Source: Clostridiaceae bacterium (lineage in GTDB: Bacteria; Bacillota; Clostridia; Oscillospirales; QAMX01). Taken from it: 64,000 nucleotides of DNA. The DNA lies in NCBI GenBank assembly GCA_034926225.1, contig JAYFRF010000009.1:3134-67133 (forward strand). Direction: 5' to 3'. Both the position numbers and the translations under genes were made by a program. Shown piece after piece: positions 1-7,814 of this stretch; within the stretch, counting starts at the first letter, position 1; every line of letters begins with the position of its first letter. The notes under the pieces are model-generated. The model did not search any database. It had not been told where the DNA came from and saw only the letters and a program-made list of their open reading frames with translations.

Positions 1-1156
1 TGAAGTCACCCAGCAGGGACACACCGTCATCGGCGAGGGTCTGGAGCTGCGGCAGAAGTACCGTACCCATAACGCGCTTCGCTGCTTCGGAACCCTGCTT
101 TAATCGCTGAACGGAGTCGTCGAAGGCGCCCAGCTTGGCGATGCTTTCTTCGCTTAAGACAGCACCCATGCGATGTGCTTCTTCGGTTAGTGCTGCGATA
201 CCTGCGCTGCCTTGGGCAATGAGGGGATTCAAGTCCTGTGCGCTCTTACCGAACAGCTGCATAGCGAGAGCGTCGCGCTCGGTTTCGTTAGAGACGTTGC
301 CCAGGGCATCGATGACCTCCCAGTAAACATCCTCGCTGTCACGCAGTGTACCGTCCGCGTTCGTTACTGCCACGCCAAGCTGAGCGTACGCATCCGCATA
401 TTTCGCGGAGCCGTCAGCGGCGCTCGACATGGACTTGACGTTCTTCGCCATCGACCCGGTGAGTGTATCGAGCGACACATCCACAAGATCTGCGGCATAG
501 GAATACGCTTGCAAGCTCTCTACGCTCATGCCCGTGACGGTAGACTGAGTCAGCATTTCATCCGCGAAAGCGGCGGCTTCTACGGACATATCCACCAGTG
601 CTTTACCCGCAGAGATCGCAGCCGTGCCGATTGCCGCGAGGGCTGCTCCCATAGCGACACCGATGCCTTTAACCACGGACCCGAGTTTTTCAAACTTGCT
701 GCCGGAGCTGTCAGCTTCCCGGGCAGTGTCCTCCAGCTCATCACCGAATTTATCGGTTTCCTTCGCCGCGTCGCCCATCTCGTCGCCGATATCGTCGATG
801 GCTTTTTCGTTGCCCTTCAGTTCTCGCTCCATGCCGTTCAGCTCGGCCTGGGCATTGTTCAGAGCGGTGACCCATTGTTGCGTCCGCCGGTCGTTCTCCC
901 CGAAGGAGTCGGAGGCGTTCTGTAGCGCCTTACGCAGGGTTTCGATTTTGTCCTTCTGCGCATCGATCTGTTTCGTCAAGACCTCGTTCTTAGCGGTAAG
1001 AGACTGAACACTCTGCTCATTTTTATCGAACTGGGAGGTGGCAAGAGCCATCTCCGAGCCCAAAACTTTGAACGACTGGTTGATGTCGGAGAGCGCTTTT
1101 TTGAACTCCTTTTCACCCTCGACGCCGATTTTCAATCCGAAATTGTTATATCCCAT
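1..1156 (-). CDS. Tail tape measure protein, N-terminal part (continues beyond window start)
   Basis: Not in the ORF track because it is open at the edge. My manual translation from the ATG at 1156 gives MGYNNFGLKIGVEGEKEFKKALSDINQSFKVLGSEMALATSQFDKNEQSVQSL.... It is coiled-coil rich with a hydrophobic GIGVAMGAALAAIGTAAISAG segment, typical of tape-measure N-termini. It sits downstream of the G/GT chaperone. Confidence 0.85.
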   Translation of the reverse strand, partial: MGYNNFGLKIGVEGEKEFKKALSDINQSFKVLGSEMALATSQFDKNEQSVQSLTAKNEVLTKQIDAQKDKIETLRKALQNASDSFGENDRRTQQWVTALNNAQAELNGMERELKGNEKAIDDIGDEMGDAAKETDKFGDELEDTAREADSSGSKFEKLGSVVKGIGVAMGAALAAIGTAAISAGKALVDMSVEAAAFADEMLTQSTVTGMSVESLQAYSYAADLVDVSLDTLTGSMAKNVKSMSSAADGSAKYADAYAQLGVAVTNADGTLRDSEDVYWEVIDALGNVSNETERDALAMQLFGKSAQDLNPLIAQGSAGIAALTEEAHRMGAVLSEESIAKLGAFDDSVQRLKQGSEAAKRVMGTVLLPQLQTLADDGVSLLGDF

Positions 1157-1174
1157 AAATAAAGTTATCCTCCT
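1148..1174. repeat. 27-nt repeat copy 1, containing the tape-measure Shine-Dalgarno sequence and ATG-GGA-TAT
   Basis: Its reverse complement, aggaggataactttatttatgggatat, is identical to 1401-1427 on the plus strand. The two form a perfect inverted repeat separated by about 226 bp. Confidence 0.9.
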
Positions 1175-1400
1175 TTCTGCCGAGAATCGGCTTATTTACA
1201 GTGGTTTTCGGCTATTCTCTTCGGATAACTATTACAAAGGAATATTAGCCGTTATGGTTTGAAATCCGATATTTTATGCTTTTGAGCTGTCAAAGCAGGC
1301 GAAATGAGGATAACTATGCCTCAGAATGAGTGAAATACCTAAAAAGTTATCCGAGCAATTAAAGCAAAAACCGTTGATTTTACGGCATTTACAGGGAGTT

Positions 1401-1485
1401 AGGAGGATAACTTTATTTATGGGATATGCGGATTTATCCGAGATGTAGGATAAATCTGCATATCCCATGAGTTTGTTATCCTCCC
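1401..1485. repeat. Long imperfect hairpin made of repeat copies 2 and 3 of the tape-measure RBS/start sequence
   Basis: The left arm is 1401-1439 and the right arm 1448-1485. Paired blocks are 10 + 11 + 9 bp, with one internal loop and one G-T pair. The loop is gagatgta. Confidence 0.85.
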
Positions 1486-1566
1486 TTCTCTTTATAAATG
1501 CTAAATATCCGGGCATTTCGCCTTAATCAACTGCCTGTAAAATGGCGTATGTTCATATCTAAGCGG

Positions 1567-1595
1567 TTGAAACAACCATTATATTGTGGTAAAAT
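1567..1595 (+). promoter_or_regulatory. Sigma-70-like promoter for the GNAT cassette
   Basis: TTGAAA (1567-1572), a 17-nt spacer, then TAAAAT (1590-1595), about 90 nt upstream of the GNAT ATG. Confidence 0.55.
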
Positions 1596-1681
1596 TAAAC
1601 AGTTGCCGTGCAAAATATTTGCGAAACGGTAGCTGTGGAGAATTAAACTCGCGGGGTATATTTATATTAGGTGGTGTTCCC

Positions 1682-2137
1682 ATGGATTATCAAATAAAAA
1701 AATTAGAGCCTGAGAATTATAATAAGTGTAATAATATATGGGATATGAATAAGCACTCTGAACTAGCCAAAAGGTGGTACAATGAACTATTATCCGGCAA
1801 TAGAATTATATTTATATATGAAGTGAACGGAGAGTATATAGGCGAGGGCTCACTTGTGCTTGATGAAAATGATCCCGATTACACGATTCCTAATAAACGT
1901 ATTTATCTTTCCAGAATGGTCGTTAAGCCTGAATTCCGCAATCAGGGTATTGGTGGCTTGATCATTGATTTTCTTATCTCATATGCAAAAAATTTGGGAT
2001 ACGTAGAAATGTCATTAGGTGTTGATATTGTTAATATAGGCGCAAGATGGCTATATGAAAAAAAGGGGTTTACAAATATCATCTTTGTAGGAGAAGATAA
2101 TGATGGGAAATATGTTAAGCTTGTGAAAACACTTTAG
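1682..2137 (+). CDS. GNAT-family N-acetyltransferase (moron, opposite strand to the phage late genes)
   Basis: The acetyl-CoA motif A RNQGIGGLII lies within the VVKPEFRNQGIGGLIIDFL context. RBS AGGTGGTG precedes the ATG at 1682; the ORF-track start at 1586 is probably too early. The cassette is AT-rich. Confidence 0.8.
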   Translation: MDYQIKKLEPENYNKCNNIWDMNKHSELAKRWYNELLSGNRIIFIYEVNGEYIGEGSLVLDENDPDYTIPNKRIYLSRMVVKPEFRNQGIGGLIIDFLISYAKNLGYVEMSLGVDIVNIGARWLYEKKGFTNIIFVGEDNDGKYVKLVKTL

Positions 2138-2212
2138 CTATACATATAAGCATTCACCCCGTCTGGATAGTCTTTACCCTGTCCAAGCAAATCTCGATCA
2201 CACCGAAAGTGT

Positions 2213-2254
2213 GGGCAACCTCACTGATTGTGGCTTGGTTGCCCTTATTTATTT
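2213..2254 (+). terminator. Rho-independent terminator after the GNAT gene
   Basis: GGGCAACC, a 16-nt loop, GGTTGCCC, followed by TTATTTATTT. Confidence 0.6.
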
Positions 2255-2277
2255 AAGAAGATAGTACGAACGCTCCG

Positions 2278-2867
2278 CTATATCCCCACAATAAACACAT
2301 CATCAATAAACCATTCACGCTTCGGTTTTGCCATGCCATTGAACTGTTTATAGACCTCCCACTGGTCGAGCAGGTAGCCCAGAGGCATGAGCCACACCTC
2401 CGGCTCTGCCCGACCCAATAGGGTTACGCCGTAGAAAATCAACCGGGCAAACAACTCGTCGTCGCTTACCCGGCCGGCACGTTTTTTGATGCGGCACCTC
2501 CGGTAACGCTATCCTCGCTTTCGACCTCGCGCTTTGTGCCTTTATACATCGCTTCCATGATAGCAGCCTTGTAATCAGCCAGCTCAAGCGGTGAGGTGAG
2601 CAGCTCGACTGCCTCTTCCGTCAGCGTTTCGCGCTTATCCTGCGGGTTTTGCAGGTTGTGGATGAGGATACTCTGGTTGCACAGCAGCGTAATGAGATAG
2701 ACCACCTCGTCAAGCGCCGTTTCAAAGTTGTCGGACTTCATGAGCGTATCACCAAGACTTGAAAGGCCACCGTAACGCACCGCGATCTCCTTGGTAGCGC
2801 GAGTGGTGAGGACCATTTCATATTCCTTGCCGCCGATGGTAATGGCGGCACTTCTCTCGTTAGCCAT
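2278..2867 (-). CDS. Tail assembly chaperone GT-like product made by -1 programmed frameshift
   Basis: After the slip at A_AAA_AAC, the -1 frame stays open for about 68 codons (KKRAGRVSDDELFARLIFYGVTLLGRAEPEVWLMPLGYLLDQWEVYKQFNGMAKPKREWFIDDVFIVGI). It ends at the TAG at 2278-2280. Confidence 0.65.
2466..2867 (-). CDS. Tail assembly chaperone (G-like, zero-frame product)
   Basis: A 133-aa ORF lies between the major tail protein and the tape-measure gene. A slippery heptamer sits near its 3' end. Confidence 0.75.
   Translation of the reverse strand: MANERSAAITIGGKEYEMVLTTRATKEIAVRYGGLSSLGDTLMKSDNFETALDEVVYLITLLCNQSILIHNLQNPQDKRETLTEEAVELLTSPLELADYKAAIMEAMYKGTKREVESEDSVTGGAASKNVPAG
2481..2487 (-). 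promoter_or_regulatory. -1 ribosomal frameshift slippery heptamer A_AAA_AAC
   Basis: The zero-frame reading is TCA AAA AAC. This gives the X_XXY_YYZ pattern in the correct phase, 5 codons before the G stop. Confidence 0.65.
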
Positions 2868-3382
2868 TAACCCTCACCTCCGGCGGATACAGTGACCGTC
2901 ACAGCATTCGTCTTGACGGTGGTAGCCCCGGCGCTGACCGCGCAGTAGTAATAATAGATGCCCTCGGTAAGGTCTGTGGGGATCGTCATGCTTGCGCTGG
3001 TGGCACCCGTAATGACCGTCCCGCCAGTCGTACTTTCAGATGTGTTGCTATACCACTGATAGAGCAGCGTACTACTCGACGCAGTCGCAGCGACGGTCAG
3101 GTCACCGGTGATCGCGCCTTGGGTCACTGCGGCGTCCTGCGGCTGTGTAGTAATAGTAACGGTGGGAACGGTAAAGTCTGGTTCATACACCTGCGTAAAC
3201 CAACCGGAGATGACGCTTGCGGGCAGACTGGTATCTCCCTCGTTGGCTTCTGCCTTCCACGGATGATTGTTCTGTCCATCCAGCTTATTACGGCGGAAGA
3301 TGGTCCCCTCGATGGTCGGCGTGGAGAAGGTGATGCTGTCTCCTTTGGTTTGCAGGTTCGTCGCGGGAATGCCGAACTTCAC
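2867..3382 (-). CDS. Major tail protein continuation (same frame) plus C-terminal Ig-like domain
   Basis: Same reading frame as 3386-3748, separated only by TAG-CGC. It begins (V)KFGIPATNLQTKGDSITFSTPTIEG, which continues the conserved major-tail core. The C-terminus TVTITTQPQD...YQWY...GIYYYYCAV is Ig-like. Confidence 0.75.
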   Translation of the reverse strand: MKFGIPATNLQTKGDSITFSTPTIEGTIFRRNKLDGQNNHPWKAEANEGDTSLPASVISGWFTQVYEPDFTVPTVTITTQPQDAAVTQGAITGDLTVAATASSSTLLYQWYSNTSESTTGGTVITGATSASMTIPTDLTEGIYYYYCAVSAGATTVKTNAVTVTVSAGGEG

Positions 3383-3385
3383 GCG

Positions 3386-3748
3386 CTAGAGCCAGAAATA
3401 CTTATAACGACCGTCAGCCTTACGTGCGCGGAAACCGATGGCCACGGGGTTACCGCCGTTTTCGGACGCGGAGACAAGAACGTGATTCGTGTCAATCTGC
3501 GCTCCGGTCAGCTCGTTTGCGATGGTCGTACCGATGTCGTCGATTCCCAGCGTGAGGGTGCCGGACTTGAACTCCTTGACCGTTTCGGCCACGCCGTCAT
3601 CCGCGTAGAGGGTCGCTTCGTTCAACTCCACGGACAGTTCCGCAGAGATGGCTTTTGCGAGTGAAGCAGGTGTGCCGTAGGTCTCCGAGCCGTCAGCGGC
3701 TTCGGTGATAGGTGCATAAAATAGTCTGTCAAAACCGATAGTTGCCAT
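3386..3748 (-). CDS. Major tail protein (phi13/TP901-like), N-terminal portion ending at an in-frame TAG
   Basis: MATIGFDRLFYAPITEAADGSETYGTP...GFRARKADGRYKYFWL then TAG at 3386-3388. Confidence 0.8.
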   Translation of the reverse strand: MATIGFDRLFYAPITEAADGSETYGTPASLAKAISAELSVELNEATLYADDGVAETVKEFKSGTLTLGIDDIGTTIANELTGAQIDTNHVLVSASENGGNPVAIGFRARKADGRYKYFWL

Positions 3749-3751
3749 TGG

Positions 3752-4090
3752 TTATACCTCCAGTTCAAATGTGTAATCCTTTGCCACGTCGATGGTAAAG
3801 TGGTGATAGCCGTTATCGTAGGCGATGTACCGGCGGTCGGTTATCGTAATGTCCGCGGCAAGCAGCGCTCGGACGATCCGATTCTTGATATGGGTGTAGC
3901 TGCCTTTGTTGAACAGGGAAAGCCGCGCCTCCTGCACCTCTTGGTGGGGCTTGTCGTCGGCATACAGCTCGAAGGTGTCTACTACAGGGGTAATGACCAA
4001 ATAGCAATCAGGAGCGGTGCCGGAGAAAACGCCTGTTTCTATGGGAATAAGCGGTGTAAGCACCGTATTCAGTTCTTCCAGCAGGCTCAT
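3752..4090 (-). CDS. Tail terminator / tail completion-like protein
   Basis: A 112-aa ORF immediately upstream of the major tail protein, placed by synteny in SPP1/HK97-like modules. No diagnostic motif was recognised. Confidence 0.5.
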   Translation of the reverse strand: MSLLEELNTVLTPLIPIETGVFSGTAPDCYLVITPVVDTFELYADDKPHQEVQEARLSLFNKGSYTHIKNRIVRALLAADITITDRRYIAYDNGYHHFTIDVAKDYTFELEV

Positions 4091-4572
4091 ATGCTTTTTA
4101 CCTCTCGTTCAAAAGCGGCTTTCATAGCCTCAACGCAGTCGTTCTTGCTGGCAGATTTCGCGGGTTTCAGGAACGGACGCGGCGGTTGACCGTGCTTGCC
4201 GTATTCGAGCACTCCCGCTATCATAGCGTTGGACTTACCATCCGAGCGGCCTTCCGAGAATCCCACCTTGACATTGAAATTTCCGTCTTTATCCTGTTTC
4301 GCCGGCGAGACGCCGAGTGAAGAAAATAGCTCGCCGGTGGAGCGACTTTCTTCCTTCGTACCGCTGCCGATGACGCTTTTCAGATTGCTTCTGACTTTTG
4401 CCTTCACAACCTCGCCGCCAGCCTGCAAGACACGTGGGATTATTTCGTCCGTTCTGTCACCCAGCTGAGAGAGATTTAGAAGGAAATCCTCCGGTAGCTG
4501 CGTTATCGCTTTACCCACTGGGCCGTACCTCCTTCGCGAGTACTTCCGAATACATACCGCGCCCCTTGACAT
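4087..4572 (-). CDS. HK97 gp10-family tail component
   Basis: ...GVLEYGKHGQPPRPFLKPA... is typical of the gp10 family. The likely true start is the GTG at 4518, preceded by GGAGGT and overlapping the upstream stop (GTGGGTAA). Confidence 0.7.
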   Translation of the reverse strand: MSRGAVCIRKYSRRRYGPVGKAITQLPEDFLLNLSQLGDRTDEIIPRVLQAGGEVVKAKVRSNLKSVIGSGTKEESRSTGELFSSLGVSPAKQDKDGNFNVKVGFSEGRSDGKSNAMIAGVLEYGKHGQPPRPFLKPAKSASKNDCVEAMKAAFEREVKSI

Positions 4573-4858
4573 CCTCGACTGATGTTATTTCAAACCGATA
4601 TGCTTCATTTATAATAATCATAGAAGTGGTAACGGCTACGCCTGGAATACGGCGAAAACGGAAAAGGTCGGTGGCTTCTGAGAAAGCAGCCCGGTTAGCC
4701 CATTTCTCGGTTCCATGCCGTCCTTCCCGGTAAGCCCTGACAGATGCGACGATATTGTCAACCTCAGTGCTGAAGCCCTCCGAATCCTTTATAGTTACTA
4801 TCTCTATGATGTCGATGAAGGTATCCATCTTGCCAATACTCATACTCACACTTTCCAC
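4511..4858 (-). CDS. Head-tail adaptor / head closure protein (SPP1 gp16-like)
   Basis: Size, position and an RAYREGRHGTEKWANRAAFSEATDLFRFRRIPG-type sequence. Confidence 0.65.
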   Translation of the reverse strand: MESVSMSIGKMDTFIDIIEIVTIKDSEGFSTEVDNIVASVRAYREGRHGTEKWANRAAFSEATDLFRFRRIPGVAVTTSMIIINEAYRFEITSVEDVKGRGMYSEVLAKEVRPSG

Positions 4859-5169
4859 GCCCGTTCAAGACGCAAAAGTAGGTTGACCGTATTCCAGACC
4901 TGCTGCCCTGCCTGGACGTTATCCGCAAAAAAGCCGCCTGTGCTGCCGTCCCTGGATTCGTAGAAATGGGACGACAGCATAATAACCGCTTGTTCCGTGG
5001 TAGGCGGCATCGGGTTACTGCTGTAATATTCTTCTGCAATGTGCTGGTAGCTTTCTGCATAGGAAACAGCGGCGGTGATATACAGCTGCAGGAGCTCATC
5101 GTCCGCCGTGTGTTCGAGAATGAGATTTGCCTTAACCTTTTCAAGCAGTGTCATACCGCCGCCGTCCAT
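4846..5169 (-). CDS. Head-tail connector (gp6-like, DNA-packaging/connector family)
   Basis: A 107-aa ORF, LLEKVKANLILEHTADDELLQLYITAAVSYAE..., at the position after the capsid-accessory gene. Confidence 0.65.
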   Translation of the reverse strand: MDGGGMTLLEKVKANLILEHTADDELLQLYITAAVSYAESYQHIAEEYYSSNPMPPTTEQAVIMLSSHFYESRDGSTGGFFADNVQAGQQVWNTVNLLLRLERAWKV

Positions 5170-5172
5170 TCT

Positions 5173-5808
5173 CTATTCCTCTTCCGGCTCCGCGATTACG
5201 ACGGTAAAGGTCTCTTCGGGATACCCGGAAGCCCACAGGGTGAAGGTCTTCGGCGTATTCACGATTTCATCGCATTTGAGCCACATGACAATATCGCCGG
5301 CAGAGCAGCCCAAAACAGTCGCTTCCGTAACATCCTCCGCGGCAAGCTGATAACCGTTGTACTTGACCGCCGTTATATCCGTCAGTCCTGTGGTAATGGC
5401 AATGCCGACCCACTTATGTGTGCCCTGCGCCGGATTAGAACTGGGGAAAGCGACGAGGTCAGACACGTCCACGGTGACAGAAATAACCCTGTCCGCGAGG
5501 GTGATACCTGTGACCGCAGCCTGATTCGCCGTCATTTCAGCTGCGTAAGGATCGCCAGCCGGTACCTGCGGTATTTTGGCGACAGACACATGCCACGTGT
5601 CCGGCGTCATAAGCCCGGCGTCTTTCAGCTTGAGAAGCAGGGCGTTGAAATCGTCCTTGACTCCCGCGACAGTAGCAGCTGTGCTGGCAGCTTGGTTAAG
5701 TGCGGAAGGAAGCCCCGTTACCGAGGCTCCCTCCTTGATTTCCAGCGTTCCGCCGATCACCGTTTTCTCGCCGCCCTGTTCGGTGTAATTCTTTGTGTTA
5801 TACGACAT
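5173..5808 (-). CDS. Head decoration / head fibre-like protein
   Basis: A 211-aa ORF directly downstream of the major capsid gene. The N-terminus MSYNTKNYTEQGGEKTVIGGTLEIKEG resembles phage head-fibre-type proteins, from my recollection only. Confidence 0.45.
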   Translation of the reverse strand: MSYNTKNYTEQGGEKTVIGGTLEIKEGASVTGLPSALNQAASTAATVAGVKDDFNALLLKLKDAGLMTPDTWHVSVAKIPQVPAGDPYAAEMTANQAAVTGITLADRVISVTVDVSDLVAFPSSNPAQGTHKWVGIAITTGLTDITAVKYNGYQLAAEDVTEATVLGCSAGDIVMWLKCDEIVNTPKTFTLWASGYPEETFTVVIAEPEEE

Positions 5809-5822
5809 AGCCGTATCCTCCT

Positions 5823-7010
5823 TTAAGCGTGCTGCTTCAAGAGCTTGATACCTTCGGGCAGAACGGTCTTCCCGTCCACGCGCTGGAAGGCGTAGAAGCC
5901 GGTCTGCAGGTTCGCGATATGCAGCTCGTTTGCCCGGCGAATGGTTCTGCCGCTGCGGTCGGCAATCCAGTAGTTCTGGAAATCACCGAACGCGACGGTG
6001 TATGCGTTGGCTGCGATGGTCGGAGCATACTGCGAGATATGCACCGGGAAACCGAGCAGGCGATCGGGCTGATCTGCCTGCAGCGACGGCTGCCACATAT
6101 ATACGCCGTTGCCGTCCTTCAGCTTGCGGATCCCTGCGAGGGTAGCACTATTGAGAATAAACACCGCGTTTTTCTTGTAACCATCCTTGAGGGAATAGGT
6201 CAGGTCAATGAGCTCGTCTGCCTTAATGTCGGCTGTTCCTGCGGTCGTCACGCCAACATCTCCGCCTTTGACAGTAAAGATGCCGGTGGGCTGCCCTTCG
6301 CCGGTACCGACACAGAAGGCCTGTTCCTCCTTCGCCGCGAAAGCCAGGGCGAAGTTGCTGATGAGGTAATCCTCAAGGTCAAACATGGAATCCTGAAGCA
6401 GCTCCTCCGAAACCAGCGCCGCCGCACGAAGCGTATATGCGTCGAGGGAGAGCTGATTGAAGGTGGGCGTGCTGGGCGTAAACACACCGCTTTCAGCAAC
6501 CCAGTCGGCGGACACATCCGTCAACGCGATGTTGATCCTGTGCGGCGCCGTGGTGGTGATGATCTTTGCGAGGGAACGGATCACGTTTTCCTTCGCAAGC
6601 TTCTTCACAAGGGTGCTGTCGAATTCTACAGGCACAAGATAGCCGCCGGTAGATGAAGTGCCTTCCTCCATGACGTTGTGAATCGGGCGCTTGCCGCGCA
6701 CGAGATTCAGGAAGTCCTCGCGGTATTCAGCGGTCGCTCTGGGAGAGACGGGCTGGCCGTTCTGTGCGTTGGGTTTCGCTGTAAGCGGCGAGCTGGTCGG
6801 CTGCGCCATAGCAGCATCTCTGGCCACGCGGTCTTCCTCGATGGCAATTTGGTGGGCCATCGCATCCACATCCGCCAGCATCTTGTCATAGGTTGCGTTG
6901 TCTTCGGCAGAAAGGACGCCGTCCTTCGCACGAGTGTCGAGGAACGCCTTTGCCGCGTCCCATGCCTTTGCGCGTTTTTCACGCATTTCGAGTACCTTTT
7001 TCATAATCAA
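5823..7010 (-). CDS. Major capsid protein, HK97 family (with N-terminal delta/scaffold-like region)
   Basis: A 395-aa ORF with a coiled N-terminus MKKVLEMREKRAKAWDAAKAFLD and a core with ...TSSTGGYLVPVEFD.... It sits after the prohead protease. Confidence 0.9.
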   Translation of the reverse strand: MIMKKVLEMREKRAKAWDAAKAFLDTRAKDGVLSAEDNATYDKMLADVDAMAHQIAIEEDRVARDAAMAQPTSSPLTAKPNAQNGQPVSPRATAEYREDFLNLVRGKRPIHNVMEEGTSSTGGYLVPVEFDSTLVKKLAKENVIRSLAKIITTTAPHRINIALTDVSADWVAESGVFTPSTPTFNQLSLDAYTLRAAALVSEELLQDSMFDLEDYLISNFALAFAAKEEQAFCVGTGEGQPTGIFTVKGGDVGVTTAGTADIKADELIDLTYSLKDGYKKNAVFILNSATLAGIRKLKDGNGVYMWQPSLQADQPDRLLGFPVHISQYAPTIAANAYTVAFGDFQNYWIADRSGRTIRRANELHIANLQTGFYAFQRVDGKTVLPEGIKLLKQHA

Positions 7011-7019
7011 ATTCCTCCA

Positions 7020-7814
7020 TTAAATGAATTTACGGGCCTGCAGTTTCTGCATAGCCGCTTCGATAGATACGCCGGTCGGCGCATCCTGCTTCGGCACTTG
7101 CTTGTCAAGTGCGTGCTCCGTCTTCGGTGCGGATTTTGAGATGAGCTTGTTCATAAGCGAATTGGTAACCGCCCTGCGGCTGAACGCAAAGACCACATCG
7201 TCGGTACGAACGCGTTTGGCGTCCTCCAAGATGCCGTCGGCAAAGCCAAGCTCCACTGCCTTGTTTGCGTTCATATAGGTTTCGCCGTCCATGAGATGAG
7301 AGATTTTTGCGCGGGATTGCCCAGTCTTGATTTCGTAGGCGTTGATAATGGATTCCTTGACTTCATCCAGCATGGCGATTGCTTTTTGCATTTCCTCGGT
7401 ATCGCCGATTGCGATTGACATCGGATTATGGATCATGAGCATGGCCGTCGGAGCCATGAGCACCTCGGTTCCTGCCATAGCAATTACCGAAGCCGCGCTT
7501 GCTGCTAAACCATCAATTTTCACGGTGACATTTCCTGTGTAATCAATGAGCATTGTATATATCTGGCTTGCTGCCACGCAGTCTCCACCGGGTGAGTTAA
7601 TCCACACCACGATGTCTCCGCTCCCGGAAAGCAGCTCATCTTTGAACATCCGAGGGGTGATTTCGTCGTCCCACCAGCTTTCGTCTGCAATAGTACCGTC
7701 GAGGTAAAGGGTGCGGACGCCTGATTTTTCGTCTTTGTCCCAGTTCCAAAAGTGCTTATTACCTGCTCTGCCGAGGGCTTTGCTTGGGCTTGTCGCCCGC
7801 ATTGTTTTGTCCAT
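7020..7814 (-). CDS. Prohead (head maturation) protease, ClpP/S14-like
   Basis: WINSPGGDCVAASQIY...GLAASAASVIAMAG...MIHNP motifs, located between portal and capsid. Confidence 0.9.
   Translation of the reverse strand: MDKTMRATSPSKALGRAGNKHFWNWDKDEKSGVRTLYLDGTIADESWWDDEITPRMFKDELLSGSGDIVVWINSPGGDCVAASQIYTMLIDYTGNVTVKIDGLAASAASVIAMAGTEVLMAPTAMLMIHNPMSIAIGDTEEMQKAIAMLDEVKESIINAYEIKTGQSRAKISHLMDGETYMNANKAVELGFADGILEDAKRVRTDDVVFAFSRRAVTNSLMNKLISKSAPKTEHALDKQVPKQDAPTGVSIEAAMQKLQARKFI

Noticed and set aside
212-1007. Plus-strand ORFs 212-925 and 624-1007. Similar plus-strand ORFs lie inside phage genes, for example 4966-5826, 5829-6656, 13160-13858 and 22713-23846.
   Set aside because: They are antisense to well-supported phage structural and replication genes (tape measure, capsid, primase). 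They have no RBS and implausible composition.
1274-1516. An 80-aa minus-strand ORF and the 9-codon plus-strand ORF starting at the duplicated RBS/ATG copies.
   Set aside because: Their starts are by-products of the repeated tape-measure start sequence. The ORFs run through hairpin and intergenic DNA with no recognisable protein features. I treat them as repeat-derived rather than coding, though translation of a short peptide cannot be excluded.
1682-2137. The GNAT gene as the toxin of a GNAT/RHH-type toxin-antitoxin pair.
   Set aside because: No small antitoxin-like ORF lies upstream or downstream in the cassette. The only neighbours are a promoter, a terminator and repeats.
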